NCBI GenBank assembly: GCA_036555615.1
Contig: DATBKZ010000028.1
Coordinates: 5,212 to 69,211 of the forward strand
Direction of reading: 5' to 3'
Source: Burkholderiales bacterium
Lineage (GTDB): Bacteria; Pseudomonadota; Gammaproteobacteria; Burkholderiales; SG8-41
DNA: 64,000 bases
Shown here in pieces: positions 17,881 through 27,208 of the stretch. The translations under genes were made by a program, and so were the position numbers. Positions within the stretch are counted from its first letter, which is position 1, and every line of letters begins with the position of its first letter. The notes below the pieces were generated by a model. It was not told the origin of the DNA. It made no database searches and saw nothing but the letters and a program-made list of their open reading frames with translations.

Positions 17881-17910
17881 ACCCTCTCCGCGCTGGCGCG
17901 GGGCGAGGGT
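17881..17910. repeat. REP-like hairpin, degenerate copy 3 (ACCCTCTCCGCGC..GCGCGGGGCGAGGGT)
   Basis: Imperfect GC-rich inverted repeat with the same CCCTCTCC/GAGGG ends. It lies in the exbD-lpxK spacer. Confidence 0.5.
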
Positions 17911-17917
17911 GTGCCTT

Positions 17918-18937
17918 ATGGCGTGGATAGAACGCCACTGGCAGCGCTTCACCCCCGTCACCGCGGCGCTGTGCCCGTTGAGCCTGCTCTTCGGCGCGGC
18001 GGCTGTCGCGCGCAGGACGGCCTACCGCGCCGGATTGGTCGCGCGGACCAGGCTTCCGGTGCCGGTGATCGTCGCGGGAAACATCACTGCGGGCGGCACG
18101 GGCAAGACGCCCCTCGCGCTGTGGCTTGCGGCGAGGCTGCGCGCCCGGGGATATACGCCCGCCATCGTCTGCCGCGGCTACGGCGGCAGCGCGCGCGTGC
18201 CGCAGCGCGTGCTGCCCGATTCCGATCCGTACCTGCTGGGTGACGAAGCCGTGCTGCTTGCGCGCCGCAGCGGCTGCGAGGTGTGGGCCGGCGCGGACCG
18301 CGTCGCCGCCAGCCGGTCGCTCCTTGCCGGGGGGCGCCCTGCCTGCGACGTTCTCATCAGCGATGACGGCCTCCAGCACTATGCCCTCGAGCGCGACGTC
18401 GAGATCTGCGTGGTGGACGCCGCCCGCGGTTTTGGCAACGGCTGGCTTCTTCCGGCGGGGCCGCTGCGCGAGCGGCCGTCGCGGCTGGCGACCGTCGATG
18501 CCGTCGTGATCCATGCCGGAGTCGGGGGCGCCTCCCATCCGTCGCTCGGGGGAATTGCCGCGGATATTCCCCGCTTCGCAATGCGGCTCGAGGGCAGTGA
18601 ATTCCGCAACTTGCGCGATCCCGCGCGCCGGGTCGGGCCCGGCTTTTTCCGCGGCAGGCGCGTGCACGCGATCGCCGGGATCGGGCATCCGGAGCGATTT
18701 TTCTCGCATCTGCGCGCGCTCGGCATCGACTTCGCCGGCCATCCCTGGCCCGACCACCATCCGTTCACGGCTTCCGATCTCGCGTTCCAGGACGCGGACG
18801 CCGTGCTGATGACCGAAAAGGATGCGGTAAAATGCCGGCGGTTCGCGGCCGAGTCACACTGGGAACTGGCGGTGGATGCGGTGCCCGACAATGCCCTCGG
18901 CGAGCTGGTGCTGCGCAAGATCGAGACCCGTGGATAG
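17918..18937 (+). CDS. lpxK: Tetraacyldisaccharide 4'-kinase
   Basis: P-loop [16 protein letters not shown] and DDGLQH motif. ATG 17918 is preferred over GTG 17909. Confidence 0.9.
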   Translation: MAWIERHWQRFTPVTAALCPLSLLFGAAAVARRTAYRAGLVARTRLPVPVIVAGNITAGGTGKTPLALWLAARLRARGYTPAIVCRGYGGSARVPQRVLPDSDPYLLGDEAVLLARRSGCEVWAGADRVAASRSLLAGGRPACDVLISDDGLQHYALERDVEICVVDAARGFGNGWLLPAGPLRERPSRLATVDAVVIHAGVGGASHPSLGGIAADIPRFAMRLEGSEFRNLRDPARRVGPGFFRGRRVHAIAGIGHPERFFSHLRALGIDFAGHPWPDHHPFTASDLAFQDADAVLMTEKDAVKCRRFAAESHWELAVDAVPDNALGELVLRKIETRG

Positions 18938-19109
18938 CAAGCTCCTCGACATACTGGTATGCCCGCTGTGCAAGGGCCCGCTGCTGTACCGCAAGGCGCA
19001 GGGCGCGCTCATCTGCAAGCCCTGCCGCCTCGCCTATCCGGTCAAGGACGACATCCCGGTCATGCTCGAGGACGAGGCACGCAAGCTTCCTCCCGAAGAA
19101 GAGGTGTGA
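18930..19109 (+). CDS. Trm112/YcaR family small zinc-ribbon-like protein
   Basis: [14 protein letters not shown]...[15 protein letters not shown] 18930 start gives about 59 aa and overlaps the lpxK stop by 8 nt. Confidence 0.8.
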   Translation: MDSKLLDILVCPLCKGPLLYRKAQGALICKPCRLAYPVKDDIPVMLEDEARKLPPEEEV

Positions 19110-19861
19110 AGTTCAGCGTCATCATTCCCGCCCGCCACGCGTCGACGCGCTTCCCGGGCAAGCCGCTCGCGGACGTCGCGGGCAAGCCGATGGTGGTGCG
19201 TGTCGCCGAGCGGGCGCGCAGGAGCGGCGCCGCGGAAGTGCTCGTCGCCACCGATGATCGGCGCATCGCGGACGCGGCCAGGCGCCACGGCTTCGAGGCG
19301 GTCATGACCGCGCGTGGCCATGCCTCCGGCACCGACCGCATCGCCGAAGTCGTTGCGAGGCGCCGCTATTCCGGAACGCATATCGTTGTCAACGTGCAGG
19401 GAGACGAGCCGCTGATCGAGCCGTCGCTCATCCGGCGCGTCGCGTCCGATCTCGCCGCGCGCCGCGACGCTGCGATGGCGACGGCCTGCCACCCGATACG
19501 AAGCGCGCGCGAGCTCGGCGATCCGAATATCGTGAAGGTCGCGCTGGACCGCGGCGGTTACGCCCTCTACTTCAGCCGCGCCCCGATCCCCTGGGCGCGC
19601 GACGGGTTCAGGCGCGGCATCTCCCGTATTCCGCCCGGCCTGCCGGTCTACCGGCACCTGGGGATCTACGCGTACCGCGCGGCGTTCCTGCGGGCCTTCA
19701 CGCGGCTCAGGCCCGCGGCGATCGAGCGCTTCGAGTCCCTCGAGCAGCTGCGCGCCCTTGCCCACGGCCATCGCATACACTGCGCGATCACGCGCGCGGC
19801 GCCGCATCCCGGCGTCGACACGCCCGCCGATCTGAAGCGCGTCCGGCGCTATTTCAGATGA
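19106..19861 (+). CDS. kdsB: 3-deoxy-manno-octulosonate cytidylyltransferase
   Basis: [31 protein letters not shown]-terminus. GTG 19106 overlaps the stop of the preceding gene (GTGA). Confidence 0.9.
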   Translation: MKFSVIIPARHASTRFPGKPLADVAGKPMVVRVAERARRSGAAEVLVATDDRRIADAARRHGFEAVMTARGHASGTDRIAEVVARRRYSGTHIVVNVQGDEPLIEPSLIRRVASDLAARRDAAMATACHPIRSARELGDPNIVKVALDRGGYALYFSRAPIPWARDGFRRGISRIPPGLPVYRHLGIYAYRAAFLRAFTRLRPAAIERFESLEQLRALAHGHRIHCAITRAAPHPGVDTPADLKRVRRYFR

Positions 19862-20520
19862 AGATCATTCTTCTGGGCATGCCCGGCGCCGGCAAGGGCA
19901 CCCAGTCCCGCTTCCTGATCGAGCGTTATGGAATTCCGCAAATCTCGACCGGCGACATGCTGCGCGCCGAGATCAACGCCAACACCGCCCTCGGACGGGA
20001 GGCTCGACAGTACATGGATCGCGGCGAGCTCGTGCCCGACCAGCTGGTCATCGAGCTGGTCAAGCAACGCGTGGCCCGGCCCGACTGCGCGCGCGGATTC
20101 ATCGTCGACGGCTTTCCGCGCACGGTCGCCCAGGCCGAAGCGCTGCGGGATGCGGGAATCGACATTGACTTCGTGGTCGAGGTCGAGGTCGACGATGACG
20201 AGATCCTGCGGCGCATGACCGGCAGGCGTGTGCACCCGGCTTCCGGGCGCACCTACCATCTCGAGTTCAACCCGCCGCGGGTGCCGGGCAAGGACGACGT
20301 CACCGGCGAGCCCCTCGTCCAGCGGCCGGACGACAACGAGGAGACGGTCAGGCGCCGCATCGCGACCTACCATTCGCAGACGAAGCCCCTCATCGCCTAC
20401 TACATGAAGTGGCGGGAGCGGGGGAATCCGCGCGCCCCGCATTACGTCAACATTTACGGAAAGGGGTCGATCGAGCACATCCGCGACAAGCTTTTCGCCG
20501 CACTTTCCGCCAGGAGCTAG
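19858..20520 (+). CDS. adk: Adenylate kinase (long LID, H/S/D/T non-zinc type)
   Basis: [10 protein letters not shown]-loop, TGDMLRA, DGFPRT, and the LID segment [12 protein letters not shown]...DDVTGEPL. It sits in the canonical kdsB-adk position. Confidence 0.95.
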   Translation: MKIILLGMPGAGKGTQSRFLIERYGIPQISTGDMLRAEINANTALGREARQYMDRGELVPDQLVIELVKQRVARPDCARGFIVDGFPRTVAQAEALRDAGIDIDFVVEVEVDDDEILRRMTGRRVHPASGRTYHLEFNPPRVPGKDDVTGEPLVQRPDDNEETVRRRIATYHSQTKPLIAYYMKWRERGNPRAPHYVNIYGKGSIEHIRDKLFAALSARS

Positions 20521-20555
20521 CGCGGCAAGGCGAGGAACGCGATGGGCGGTAAGCG

Positions 20556-21212
20556 ATGAGGATCGTAATCGTGGGCATGCCGGGTGCCGGCAAGGGAACG
20601 CACGCGGCCGCCCTCAGGGAACGCCTGAAGGTCCCCCAGATCTCGACGGGCGACATGCTGCGCGCCGCGGTCGCTGCCGGCAACGCTCTCGGCCGCGAAG
20701 CCGAAGGCTACATGAACCGCGGGGAGCTTGTTCCCGATCGGCTGGTGGTCGAGCTGGTGCGCTCGCGCGTCACCGAATCCGACTGCGCCGGCGGCTTCAT
20801 CCTCGACGGCTTTCCGCGGACGCTGGCGCAGGCAAAGGCGCTCCGTGAATCCGCGGTTGGAATCGATGTCGTCCTCGAGCTTCACGTGCCGGATGAGGAG
20901 GTGATCGAGCGCATGACCGGCCGCCGCGTCCATCTGCCCTCCGGGCGCATCTACCACGTCACCCGTCAACCTCCCAGAGTTGCCGGCGTCGATGACGTCA
21001 CGGGCGAGCCGCTCAGCGTGCGTGCCGATGACGCCGAGGCCACGGTGCGCAAGCGGATCGCCGACTATCACGCGCAAACCGGGCCTCTCCTCGATTATTA
21101 CCGGCGGCTCGATACCGGGAAGCCGGGCGCGCTCCGCTTTGTCCGCGTCGACGGCAGCGGCAGCATCGCCGCGTCCCGGACGCGGGTATTCGCCGCCCTC
21201 GGCATCGCATGA
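20556..21212 (+). CDS. Second adenylate kinase paralogue (tandem duplicate)
   Basis: 218 aa with the same motifs ([34 protein letters not shown]...DDVTGEPL). Identity to adk appears to be a little over half by eye. Confidence 0.9.
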   Translation: MRIVIVGMPGAGKGTHAAALRERLKVPQISTGDMLRAAVAAGNALGREAEGYMNRGELVPDRLVVELVRSRVTESDCAGGFILDGFPRTLAQAKALRESAVGIDVVLELHVPDEEVIERMTGRRVHLPSGRIYHVTRQPPRVAGVDDVTGEPLSVRADDAEATVRKRIADYHAQTGPLLDYYRRLDTGKPGALRFVRVDGSGSIAASRTRVFAALGIA

Positions 21213-21289
21213 GAAAGTGACCTCCGGCAGCGCGGGCGCGGGCCTCGACGCGCAGCCGGCGGCGTGTGTGGTGAGCCGCGAGGGGTGAG

Positions 21290-21298
21290 TGGTACAAT
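21290..21298 (+). promoter_or_regulatory. Possible extended -10 promoter element TGgTACAAT upstream of pfp
   Basis: The hexamer TACAAT is preceded by TGn, about 50 nt upstream of the pfp ATG. No convincing -35 element was seen. Confidence 0.3.
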
Positions 21299-21347
21299 CG
21301 CGCTTTCCGATTTTTCCCCGTCGCCTTTGTCGTTGCCAGCTGACCGT

Positions 21348-22610
21348 ATGACAAGAAAGAACGCGTTTTATGCCCAGTCCGGAGGCGTGACGGCGACGAT
21401 CAACGCCACCGCCTGCGCCGTGATCGAGACCGCCCGCAAGCACCGCAGCCGGATCGGTAAGGTATTCGCCGGGAAGGACGGCATCATCGGCGCGCTCACC
21501 GAGGATCTCATCGACACCTCGAAGGAGTCCGCGGCAGCGATCCGCGCGCTGCGCCACACGCCCGGCGGCGCCTTCGGCTCCGCGCGCTACAAGCTGAAGA
21601 ACCCCGAGGAAAGCCGCGCCCAGTACGAGCGGCTGATCGAGGTGTTCAAGGCGCACGATATCGGCTATTTCTTCTACAACGGCGGCAACGATTCCGCGGA
21701 CACTTCGTACAAGGTGTCGCAGGTCGCGCGGACCATGGGCTTTCCCCTCGCCTGCGTCGGCATCCCCAAGACCGTCGATAACGATCTCGCATTGACCGAT
21801 TGCTGCCCGGGGTTCGGCTCGGTCGCAAAATACGTCGCAACCAGCATTCGCGAAGCGGGCTATGACGTGGCGTCCATGGCGCGCACTTCCACGCGTGTGT
21901 TCATCCTCGAGGTGATGGGCCGGCACGCGGGCTGGATCACGGCGGCCTGCGGCCTCGCCCAGGACCGGGCGGGCGAGGCGCCCCACATCCTGCTGTTTCC
22001 CGAAATCCCCTTCGACGAGGAGCGTTTTCTCGCCCGGGTGACCGAGATCATCGGGAAATACGGCTACTGCGCAGTCGCCGTGTCCGAGGGAGTGCGCCGT
22101 GCGGACGGAAAGTTCCTTTCGGAATCGGGCCTGCGCGACGCGTTCGGCCACGCGCAACTGGGCGGAGTCGCGCCGGTGATCGCGCAGCTGGTGCAGGACA
22201 GGCTCAAGCAGAAATATCACTGGGCCGTGGCCGACTACCTGCAGCGCTCCGCCCGCCATATCGCGTCGAAAACGGACGCGCTGCAGTCGTACGCCGTGGG
22301 CAAGGCCGCCGTCGAGCTGGCCGTGAAGGGCGTGAGCGGCGTGATGCCGATCATCGTCCGCAAATCGAGCAAGCCGTACCGCTGGGCCATCGGCGTGGCG
22401 GACCTGAAGGAAATCGCCAACCACGAGAAGATGATGCCGCGCGACTACATCACCGAGGACGGCTTGCACATCACGCCGAAGTGCCGGCAATACCTCGAGC
22501 CGCTCGTGCAGGGCGAGGATTACCCGCCGTACCGCAACGGCCTGCCGGCGTATGTGAAGCTCCGGAACGTTGCCGTGCCCAAGAAGCTCAGCACCACTTT
22601 CAAGCTGTGA
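21348..22610 (+). CDS. pfp: Pyrophosphate-dependent 6-phosphofructokinase (PPi-PFK)
   Basis: PFK fold (SGGVTATINA, MGRHAGW). It has Asp in GGNDS and Lys in GIPKTVDND at the two positions that separate PPi- from ATP-dependent PFKs. ATG 21348 fits the conserved N-terminus. Confidence 0.85.
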   Translation: MTRKNAFYAQSGGVTATINATACAVIETARKHRSRIGKVFAGKDGIIGALTEDLIDTSKESAAAIRALRHTPGGAFGSARYKLKNPEESRAQYERLIEVFKAHDIGYFFYNGGNDSADTSYKVSQVARTMGFPLACVGIPKTVDNDLALTDCCPGFGSVAKYVATSIREAGYDVASMARTSTRVFILEVMGRHAGWITAACGLAQDRAGEAPHILLFPEIPFDEERFLARVTEIIGKYGYCAVAVSEGVRRADGKFLSESGLRDAFGHAQLGGVAPVIAQLVQDRLKQKYHWAVADYLQRSARHIASKTDALQSYAVGKAAVELAVKGVSGVMPIIVRKSSKPYRWAIGVADLKEIANHEKMMPRDYITEDGLHITPKCRQYLEPLVQGEDYPPYRNGLPAYVKLRNVAVPKKLSTTFKL

Positions 22611-22612
22611 AC

Positions 22613-22712
22613 TGCGTGAGCAATGAGTGGTGTCGGGACTGAATCCACCGTGGCTCGGAAGCCGAAAATGCCGCGAGTCGCCGTTTTCCGCGCGCCACTC
22701 ACCGCTCACGCA
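22613..22712. repeat. Long imperfect inverted repeat built from heptamer units (TGCGTGAGCAATGAGTGG 22613-22630 / CCACTCACCGCTCACGCA 22695-22712)
   Basis: 16 of 18 positions are complementary (read directly). A 64-nt spacer contains a nested hairpin. The repeat fills the pfp-hppA intercistronic region. Confidence 0.7.
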
Positions 22713-22741
22713 TCACGCTTTCAAGAAATAAGGGGAGTCTC

Positions 22742-24814
22742 ATGTCAAATGGCCTGTTGTTTGCGCTGATCTGCGCGATTGCCGCCATCGCCACCGGCGG
22801 GCTCTGGATCAGGTCCGTTCTCTCGCGTCCGGCCGGCAGCGCCCGCATGCAGGAGATCGCGGCCGCCGTGCAGCAAGGTGCAACTGCCTACCTCAACCGC
22901 CAGTACCGGACGATCGGCATCGTGGGCGTCGTGCTTTTTATCCTCATCGGCGTGGGGCTCAACTCCTGGACGACCGCAATCGGCTTCGCGATCGGCGCCG
23001 TTCTCTCCGGCCTCGCCGGCTACATCGGAATGAACGTGTCGGTGCGCTGCAATGTGCGCACGGCAGAGGCTGCACGCAGCGGCTTGAATGAGGCGCTCTC
23101 GCTCGCCTTTCGCGGAGGCGCCATCACCGGCATGCTGGTGGTGGGCCTGGGGCTGCTCGGAGTCACCGGGTTCTACTGGATGCTGCTCGCCTCCGCTCCC
23201 CCGGAGGCCTCGATCAAGGAGATCGCCCATCCCCTGATAGGGCTCGCCTTCGGCGGCTCGCTCATCTCGATCTTCGCGCGGCTCGGCGGCGGCATCTTCA
23301 CCAAGGGCGCGGACGTCGGGGCCGACCTCGTGGGCAAGGTCGAGGCCGGCATCCCCGAGGACGATCCGCGCAACCCCGCGGTCATCGCCGACAACGTGGG
23401 CGACAACGTCGGCGACTGCGCCGGCATGGCGGCGGATCTCTTCGAGACCTATGCGGTGACGATCATCGCCACCATGCTGCTCGGCGCGCTGCTGCTCGCC
23501 AAGCCGGAGGTGAGGCACCTCGCGGTCACCTACCCCCTCGCGTTGGGCGGCGCCTCGATCATCGCCTCGATCATCGGCTGCTATTTCGTCAAGGCTAGGC
23601 CCGGGGGCAAGATCATGAACGCGCTCTACCGCGGCTTGATCGTCTCGGGGATCATCGCCGCGATCGGCTTCGCGGTGATCACCTGGACCATGATGGGGCA
23701 CGTCGGCGCGCATTACGCGGAGTTGACGCCGCTCAGGCTCTTCGCCGCCTCGCTGGTGGGGCTGGCGCTCACCGCCCTCATGGTGGTCATCACGGAGTAC
23801 TACACGGCGACCGAGTACTCGCCGGTTCGCCACATCGCGGCGGCCTCCACGACCGGCCACGCGACCAACATCATCGCCGGGCTCGGCGTCTCGATGAAGG
23901 CGACGGCCTGGCCGGTGCTCGCGGTGTGCGCGGGAATCTGGGCCGCCTACGAGCTAGCGGGCCTCTACGGGCTCGCGATCGCAGCGACCGGGATGCTGTC
24001 GATGACCGGAATGATCGTCGCGCTCGACGCCTACGGCCCGATCACCGACAACGCGGGCGGCATCGCTGAAATGGCGAAGCTGCCGAAGGAGGTGCGCGCG
24101 ATCACGGATCCGCTGGACGCGGTCGGCAACACCACCAAGGCCGTCACCAAGGGCTACGCCATCGGCTCCGCGGGACTGGCCGCGCTCGTCCTGTTTGCCG
24201 ACTACACGCACGCGCTCGAGGCGGGGGGCCGGAAGCTGAGCTTTGATCTCTCCGACCCGGCGATCGTCATCGGGCTCTTCGTGGGCGGCCTGGTGCCCTA
24301 TCTCTTCGGCTCCATGGCGATGGAGGCCGTCGGCCGCGCCGCGGGCTCCGTGGTGGTCGAGGTGCGCCGCCAGTTCAAGGAGATCAAGGGCATCATGGAA
24401 GGCACCGCCAAGCCGGATTACTCGCGCGCCGTGGACATGCTGACGCGCGCCGCCATCAAGGAGATGATGATTCCCTCGCTCCTGCCGGTGCTCGTGCCGA
24501 TCGCGGTCGCGTTCGCCATGAACTGGCTGATGGGGCCCGGCGCCGGGGTGAAAGCATTGGGCGGCGTGCTGATGGGCACGATCGTCACCGGCCTGTTCGT
24601 CGCGATCTCGATGACCACCGGCGGCGGCGCCTGGGACAATGCCAAGAAGTACATCGAGGACGGCAACCACGGCGGCAAGGGCTCGGATGCGCACAAGGCG
24701 GCGGTGACCGGCGACACGGTCGGCGACCCCTACAAGGACACCGCCGGCCCCGCCGTGAATCCGCTCATCAAGATCATCAACATCGTGGCGCTGCTCATCG
24801 TGCCGCTGCTCTGA
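22742..24814 (+). CDS. hppA: K+-independent H+-translocating membrane pyrophosphatase
   Basis: 690 aa, polytopic. [19 protein letters not shown] motif, plus GNTTKA (Lys rather than Ala, the K+-independence signature). Strong SD (AAGGGGAG). Confidence 0.95.
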   Translation: MSNGLLFALICAIAAIATGGLWIRSVLSRPAGSARMQEIAAAVQQGATAYLNRQYRTIGIVGVVLFILIGVGLNSWTTAIGFAIGAVLSGLAGYIGMNVSVRCNVRTAEAARSGLNEALSLAFRGGAITGMLVVGLGLLGVTGFYWMLLASAPPEASIKEIAHPLIGLAFGGSLISIFARLGGGIFTKGADVGADLVGKVEAGIPEDDPRNPAVIADNVGDNVGDCAGMAADLFETYAVTIIATMLLGALLLAKPEVRHLAVTYPLALGGASIIASIIGCYFVKARPGGKIMNALYRGLIVSGIIAAIGFAVITWTMMGHVGAHYAELTPLRLFAASLVGLALTALMVVITEYYTATEYSPVRHIAAASTTGHATNIIAGLGVSMKATAWPVLAVCAGIWAAYELAGLYGLAIAATGMLSMTGMIVALDAYGPITDNAGGIAEMAKLPKEVRAITDPLDAVGNTTKAVTKGYAIGSAGLAALVLFADYTHALEAGGRKLSFDLSDPAIVIGLFVGGLVPYLFGSMAMEAVGRAAGSVVVEVRRQFKEIKGIMEGTAKPDYSRAVDMLTRAAIKEMMIPSLLPVLVPIAVAFAMNWLMGPGAGVKALGGVLMGTIVTGLFVAISMTTGGGAWDNAKKYIEDGNHGGKGSDAHKAAVTGDTVGDPYKDTAGPAVNPLIKIINIVALLIVPLL

Positions 24815-24816
24815 GC

Positions 24817-25341
24817 GTGAAGTACGCGTTCGAAGAGCGCAAGGTCGTCTGCAAGGGCGACTACTGGATCGCGCCGGACGCGGTCGTGATCGGCTCGGTG
24901 GTGCTGGAGCCGAACGCCAGCATCTGGTTCGGCTGCATCGTGCGCGGGGACAACGACACGATCACGATCGGGGAGAACTCGCAGCTCCAGGACGGCTGCG
25001 TGCTGCACGTGGACCCGGGCGTCCCCATCGCCATCGGGAAGAACGTGAGCGTCGGCCACATGGCGATGCTCCACGGCTGCACGATCGGCGACGGAACGCT
25101 GATCGGCATCAAGGCGGTCATCCTGAACGGCGCGAAGATCGGCCGCAACTGCCTGATTGGCGCCAACGCGCTCGTCGCAGAAGGCAAGGTAATCCCGGAC
25201 GGCTCGCTCGTCATCGGCTCGCCGGGCAAGGTCGTGCGACAGCTTTCGGAGGAGGAGATCCGCAGGATCCATTCCGCCTCCGAGCATTACGTGCAGAAGT
25301 TCCGGCGCTACCGCGAAACGTTCAGGCCTGATGGCGCGTGA
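24817..25341 (+). CDS. Gamma-carbonic-anhydrase-like / hexapeptide-repeat (LbH) protein
   Basis: 174 aa. Left-handed beta-helix hexapeptide repeats and the His motif [10 protein letters not shown]. The GTG start lies 2 nt after the hppA stop. Confidence 0.85.
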   Translation: MKYAFEERKVVCKGDYWIAPDAVVIGSVVLEPNASIWFGCIVRGDNDTITIGENSQLQDGCVLHVDPGVPIAIGKNVSVGHMAMLHGCTIGDGTLIGIKAVILNGAKIGRNCLIGANALVAEGKVIPDGSLVIGSPGKVVRQLSEEEIRRIHSASEHYVQKFRRYRETFRPDGA

Positions 25342-25357
25342 GTGACGAGTGACGAGA
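25334..25357. repeat. Heptamer array GCGCGTG AGTGACG AGTGACG AGA
   Basis: Read directly. It overlaps the stop codon of the gamma-CA-like gene. Confidence 0.6.
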
Positions 25358-25537
25358 ACCCATCTCAAGAATATCCACGGAGCAGTATGGGCATGCATCC
25401 GGGATATGCGGCACAGCGCGGGGCCACCCGCGCCACTCGGCACCCCCGCGGGCCGGGACCCGCCCCGCGGCCTGCGCTACACTCAAGATGAACGGTCGGA
25501 GGCGACGGGCGAACGACCGGGGTTTTGAGATAGGTTC

Positions 25538-25558
25538 GAGTCACCAGTCACGAGTCAC
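25538..25558. repeat. Heptamer array GAGTCAC CAGTCAC GAGTCAC
   Basis: Read directly. It ends 6 nt before the ATG of the 74-aa ORF. Confidence 0.65.
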
Positions 25559-25564
25559 GGGCAA

Positions 25565-25789
25565 ATGAACAAGTACGGCTTCAAGATCCGCACGCGCACC
25601 GGTGCCCTGGTGGAGAGCCTCCAGGTGCAGGCGCGCGACCGGGCGGAAGCCGAGCAGAAGATCAGGCAGATCTACCATCAGTGCGAGATCCTCGATTGCC
25701 AGGAGATCACCCCGACGATCAAGAAGGAAAGCCTGGATCTCGAGGACGTGGTGTCGCTGATCAACCAGCAGGAAGAGAAGAAGGACTGA
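25565..25789 (+). CDS. Small hypothetical protein (74 aa, charged C-terminus)
   Basis: Complete ORF with strongly G/C-biased third codon positions, like the surrounding genes. No family was recognised. Confidence 0.6.
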   Translation: MNKYGFKIRTRTGALVESLQVQARDRAEAEQKIRQIYHQCEILDCQEITPTIKKESLDLEDVVSLINQQEEKKD

Positions 25790-25792
25790 CCG

Positions 25793-26578
25793 CTACTGCA
25801 GGAAGTCGCAGGCCTGCAGCTCGTCGAGGAGCGCCGTGTAGTCCTGGGCACCGCGGCTCTCGGGCGCGTGCCCGAATACGCTTCGGTTATGGAACGGGCT
25901 CTCGGCAAGGCTCACGTTCTCCGCGATGCGCGTCTCGCACAGCTCGGGACCGAAGCGTCCTCTCAGCTCCCGGTCGATGACCCAGGACATGCGGCGGCGC
26001 CCGTCGAAGCGGGTCAGGACATACCGCCGCTCCAGCCGTTTCTTGAGCACCTGCTCGAGCGCCTTCAGCGTCCGCTCGGTCTGCAAGGCGCCCTTGATCG
26101 AAAGATAATCGGTGGAGATCGGCACCAGCACCCGGTCCGCCGCGAACACGCTGTTCAGCGACAGGACCCCCAGCATCGGGCAGGCGTCCATGATGATCGG
26201 CCGGTCGGTGTTGAGATTCTCCTTGATGATCCCGTAATTCAGGCGGTTGAGCGCGTTCGGCCCCTTGCCGTACTGAGTGTCCACCTTGGCAAGGTCGAGA
26301 TGCGAGGGAATGATCTTCAACCCGCCGCCCCCGAACTTGATGAGCCCCGCGAGCGTGGCGCCCACGGAGTAGTAGGCGTAGAGGCTGCGCTCGGAGGCCG
26401 GCACGGCAGCCCCGCAGATGGCTGTGAGGTGGGCCTGGGGATCGAGGTCGATCATCAGCGGATCGGCGCCCCGCCGGGCGAGAAGCGCCGCGAGGTTGAG
26501 GGCAGTCGTCGTCTTGCCGACGCCCCCCTTCTGATTGAACACCGCCACCTTGGCCACCGGGGTTTCCTCCCCGATCAA
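25793..26578 (-). CDS. Orphan ParA/MinD-family P-loop ATPase
   Basis: Deviant Walker A VAVFNQKGGVGKTTTALNLA, then MIDLDPQ. No parB or partner gene is adjacent. Confidence 0.85.
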   Translation of the reverse strand: MIGEETPVAKVAVFNQKGGVGKTTTALNLAALLARRGADPLMIDLDPQAHLTAICGAAVPASERSLYAYYSVGATLAGLIKFGGGGLKIIPSHLDLAKVDTQYGKGPNALNRLNYGIIKENLNTDRPIIMDACPMLGVLSLNSVFAADRVLVPISTDYLSIKGALQTERTLKALEQVLKKRLERRYVLTRFDGRRRMSWVIDRELRGRFGPELCETRIAENVSLAESPFHNRSVFGHAPESRGAQDYTALLDELQACDFLQ

Positions 26579-26688
26579 TGGCTTATGAGCGTAAACTACG
26601 GGTCAGCCGGTTGGCAAGAGCATTCGTCACGCGCGCCGCCTGCGCGCGCGGCAAGCAGTGTGGGTAATGCCATGATTCCGGTGAACAC

Positions 26689-27201
26689 ATGGAATTGATC
26701 CGTCCCGTGAGGGAAGGCGATGCCGCGGCCGTCCGCCACGTGCTCGAGACCGCCTTCCCCACCCCGGCGGAGGCCGACCTGGTCGAGCGCCTGCGGGCAA
26801 ACGGCACGGCAGTAATCGAGCTGGTCGCCCTCGACGGGGACAGCATTGTCGGCCACATCCTCTTCAGCCCTGTTGCGCTCGAGCCCCTGGCGGGCACCGT
26901 GGGACTGGGGCTTGCGCCTCTCGCCGTGATGCCGGACCACGAAAAGCACGGGGTGGGCCGGCGCCTCATCCAGAACGGCCTTGCCGCGTCCCACAAATGG
27001 GGCGCCGGATTCGTCGTGGTGCTCGGCGATCCGCCGTACTACAGCCGCTTCGGGTTCGAGCCGGCGGGAAAATTCGGCCTGCGCAGCGAGTACGACGCCG
27101 CGGACGCGTTCATGGTGTTCAAGCTCGAGTCGGGTGCCCTGCCTCCACCCGATACGCTCGTCAAGTACGCGCCGGAATTTTCGGGCCTGCTGAGGATTTG
27201 A
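26689..27201 (+). CDS. GNAT family N-acetyltransferase
   Basis: 170 aa. Acetyl-CoA-binding-like HEKHGVGRRLIQ motif and overall GNAT length and pattern. Confidence 0.8.
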   Translation: MELIRPVREGDAAAVRHVLETAFPTPAEADLVERLRANGTAVIELVALDGDSIVGHILFSPVALEPLAGTVGLGLAPLAVMPDHEKHGVGRRLIQNGLAASHKWGAGFVVVLGDPPYYSRFGFEPAGKFGLRSEYDAADAFMVFKLESGALPPPDTLVKYAPEFSGLLRI

Positions 27202-27208
27202 GGCGCCC

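Noticed and set aside
20517-22709. 730-aa minus-strand ORF opposite adk2 and pfp
   Set aside because: It is a shadow ORF of the strongly supported plus-strand genes, with no domain signatures.
25531-25547. tRNA-like T-arm sequence (TAGGTTCGAGTCACC)
   Set aside because: Only the GGTTCGAGTC core resembles a T-loop. No acceptor, D or anticodon stems can be drawn around it, and it is part of the heptamer array.
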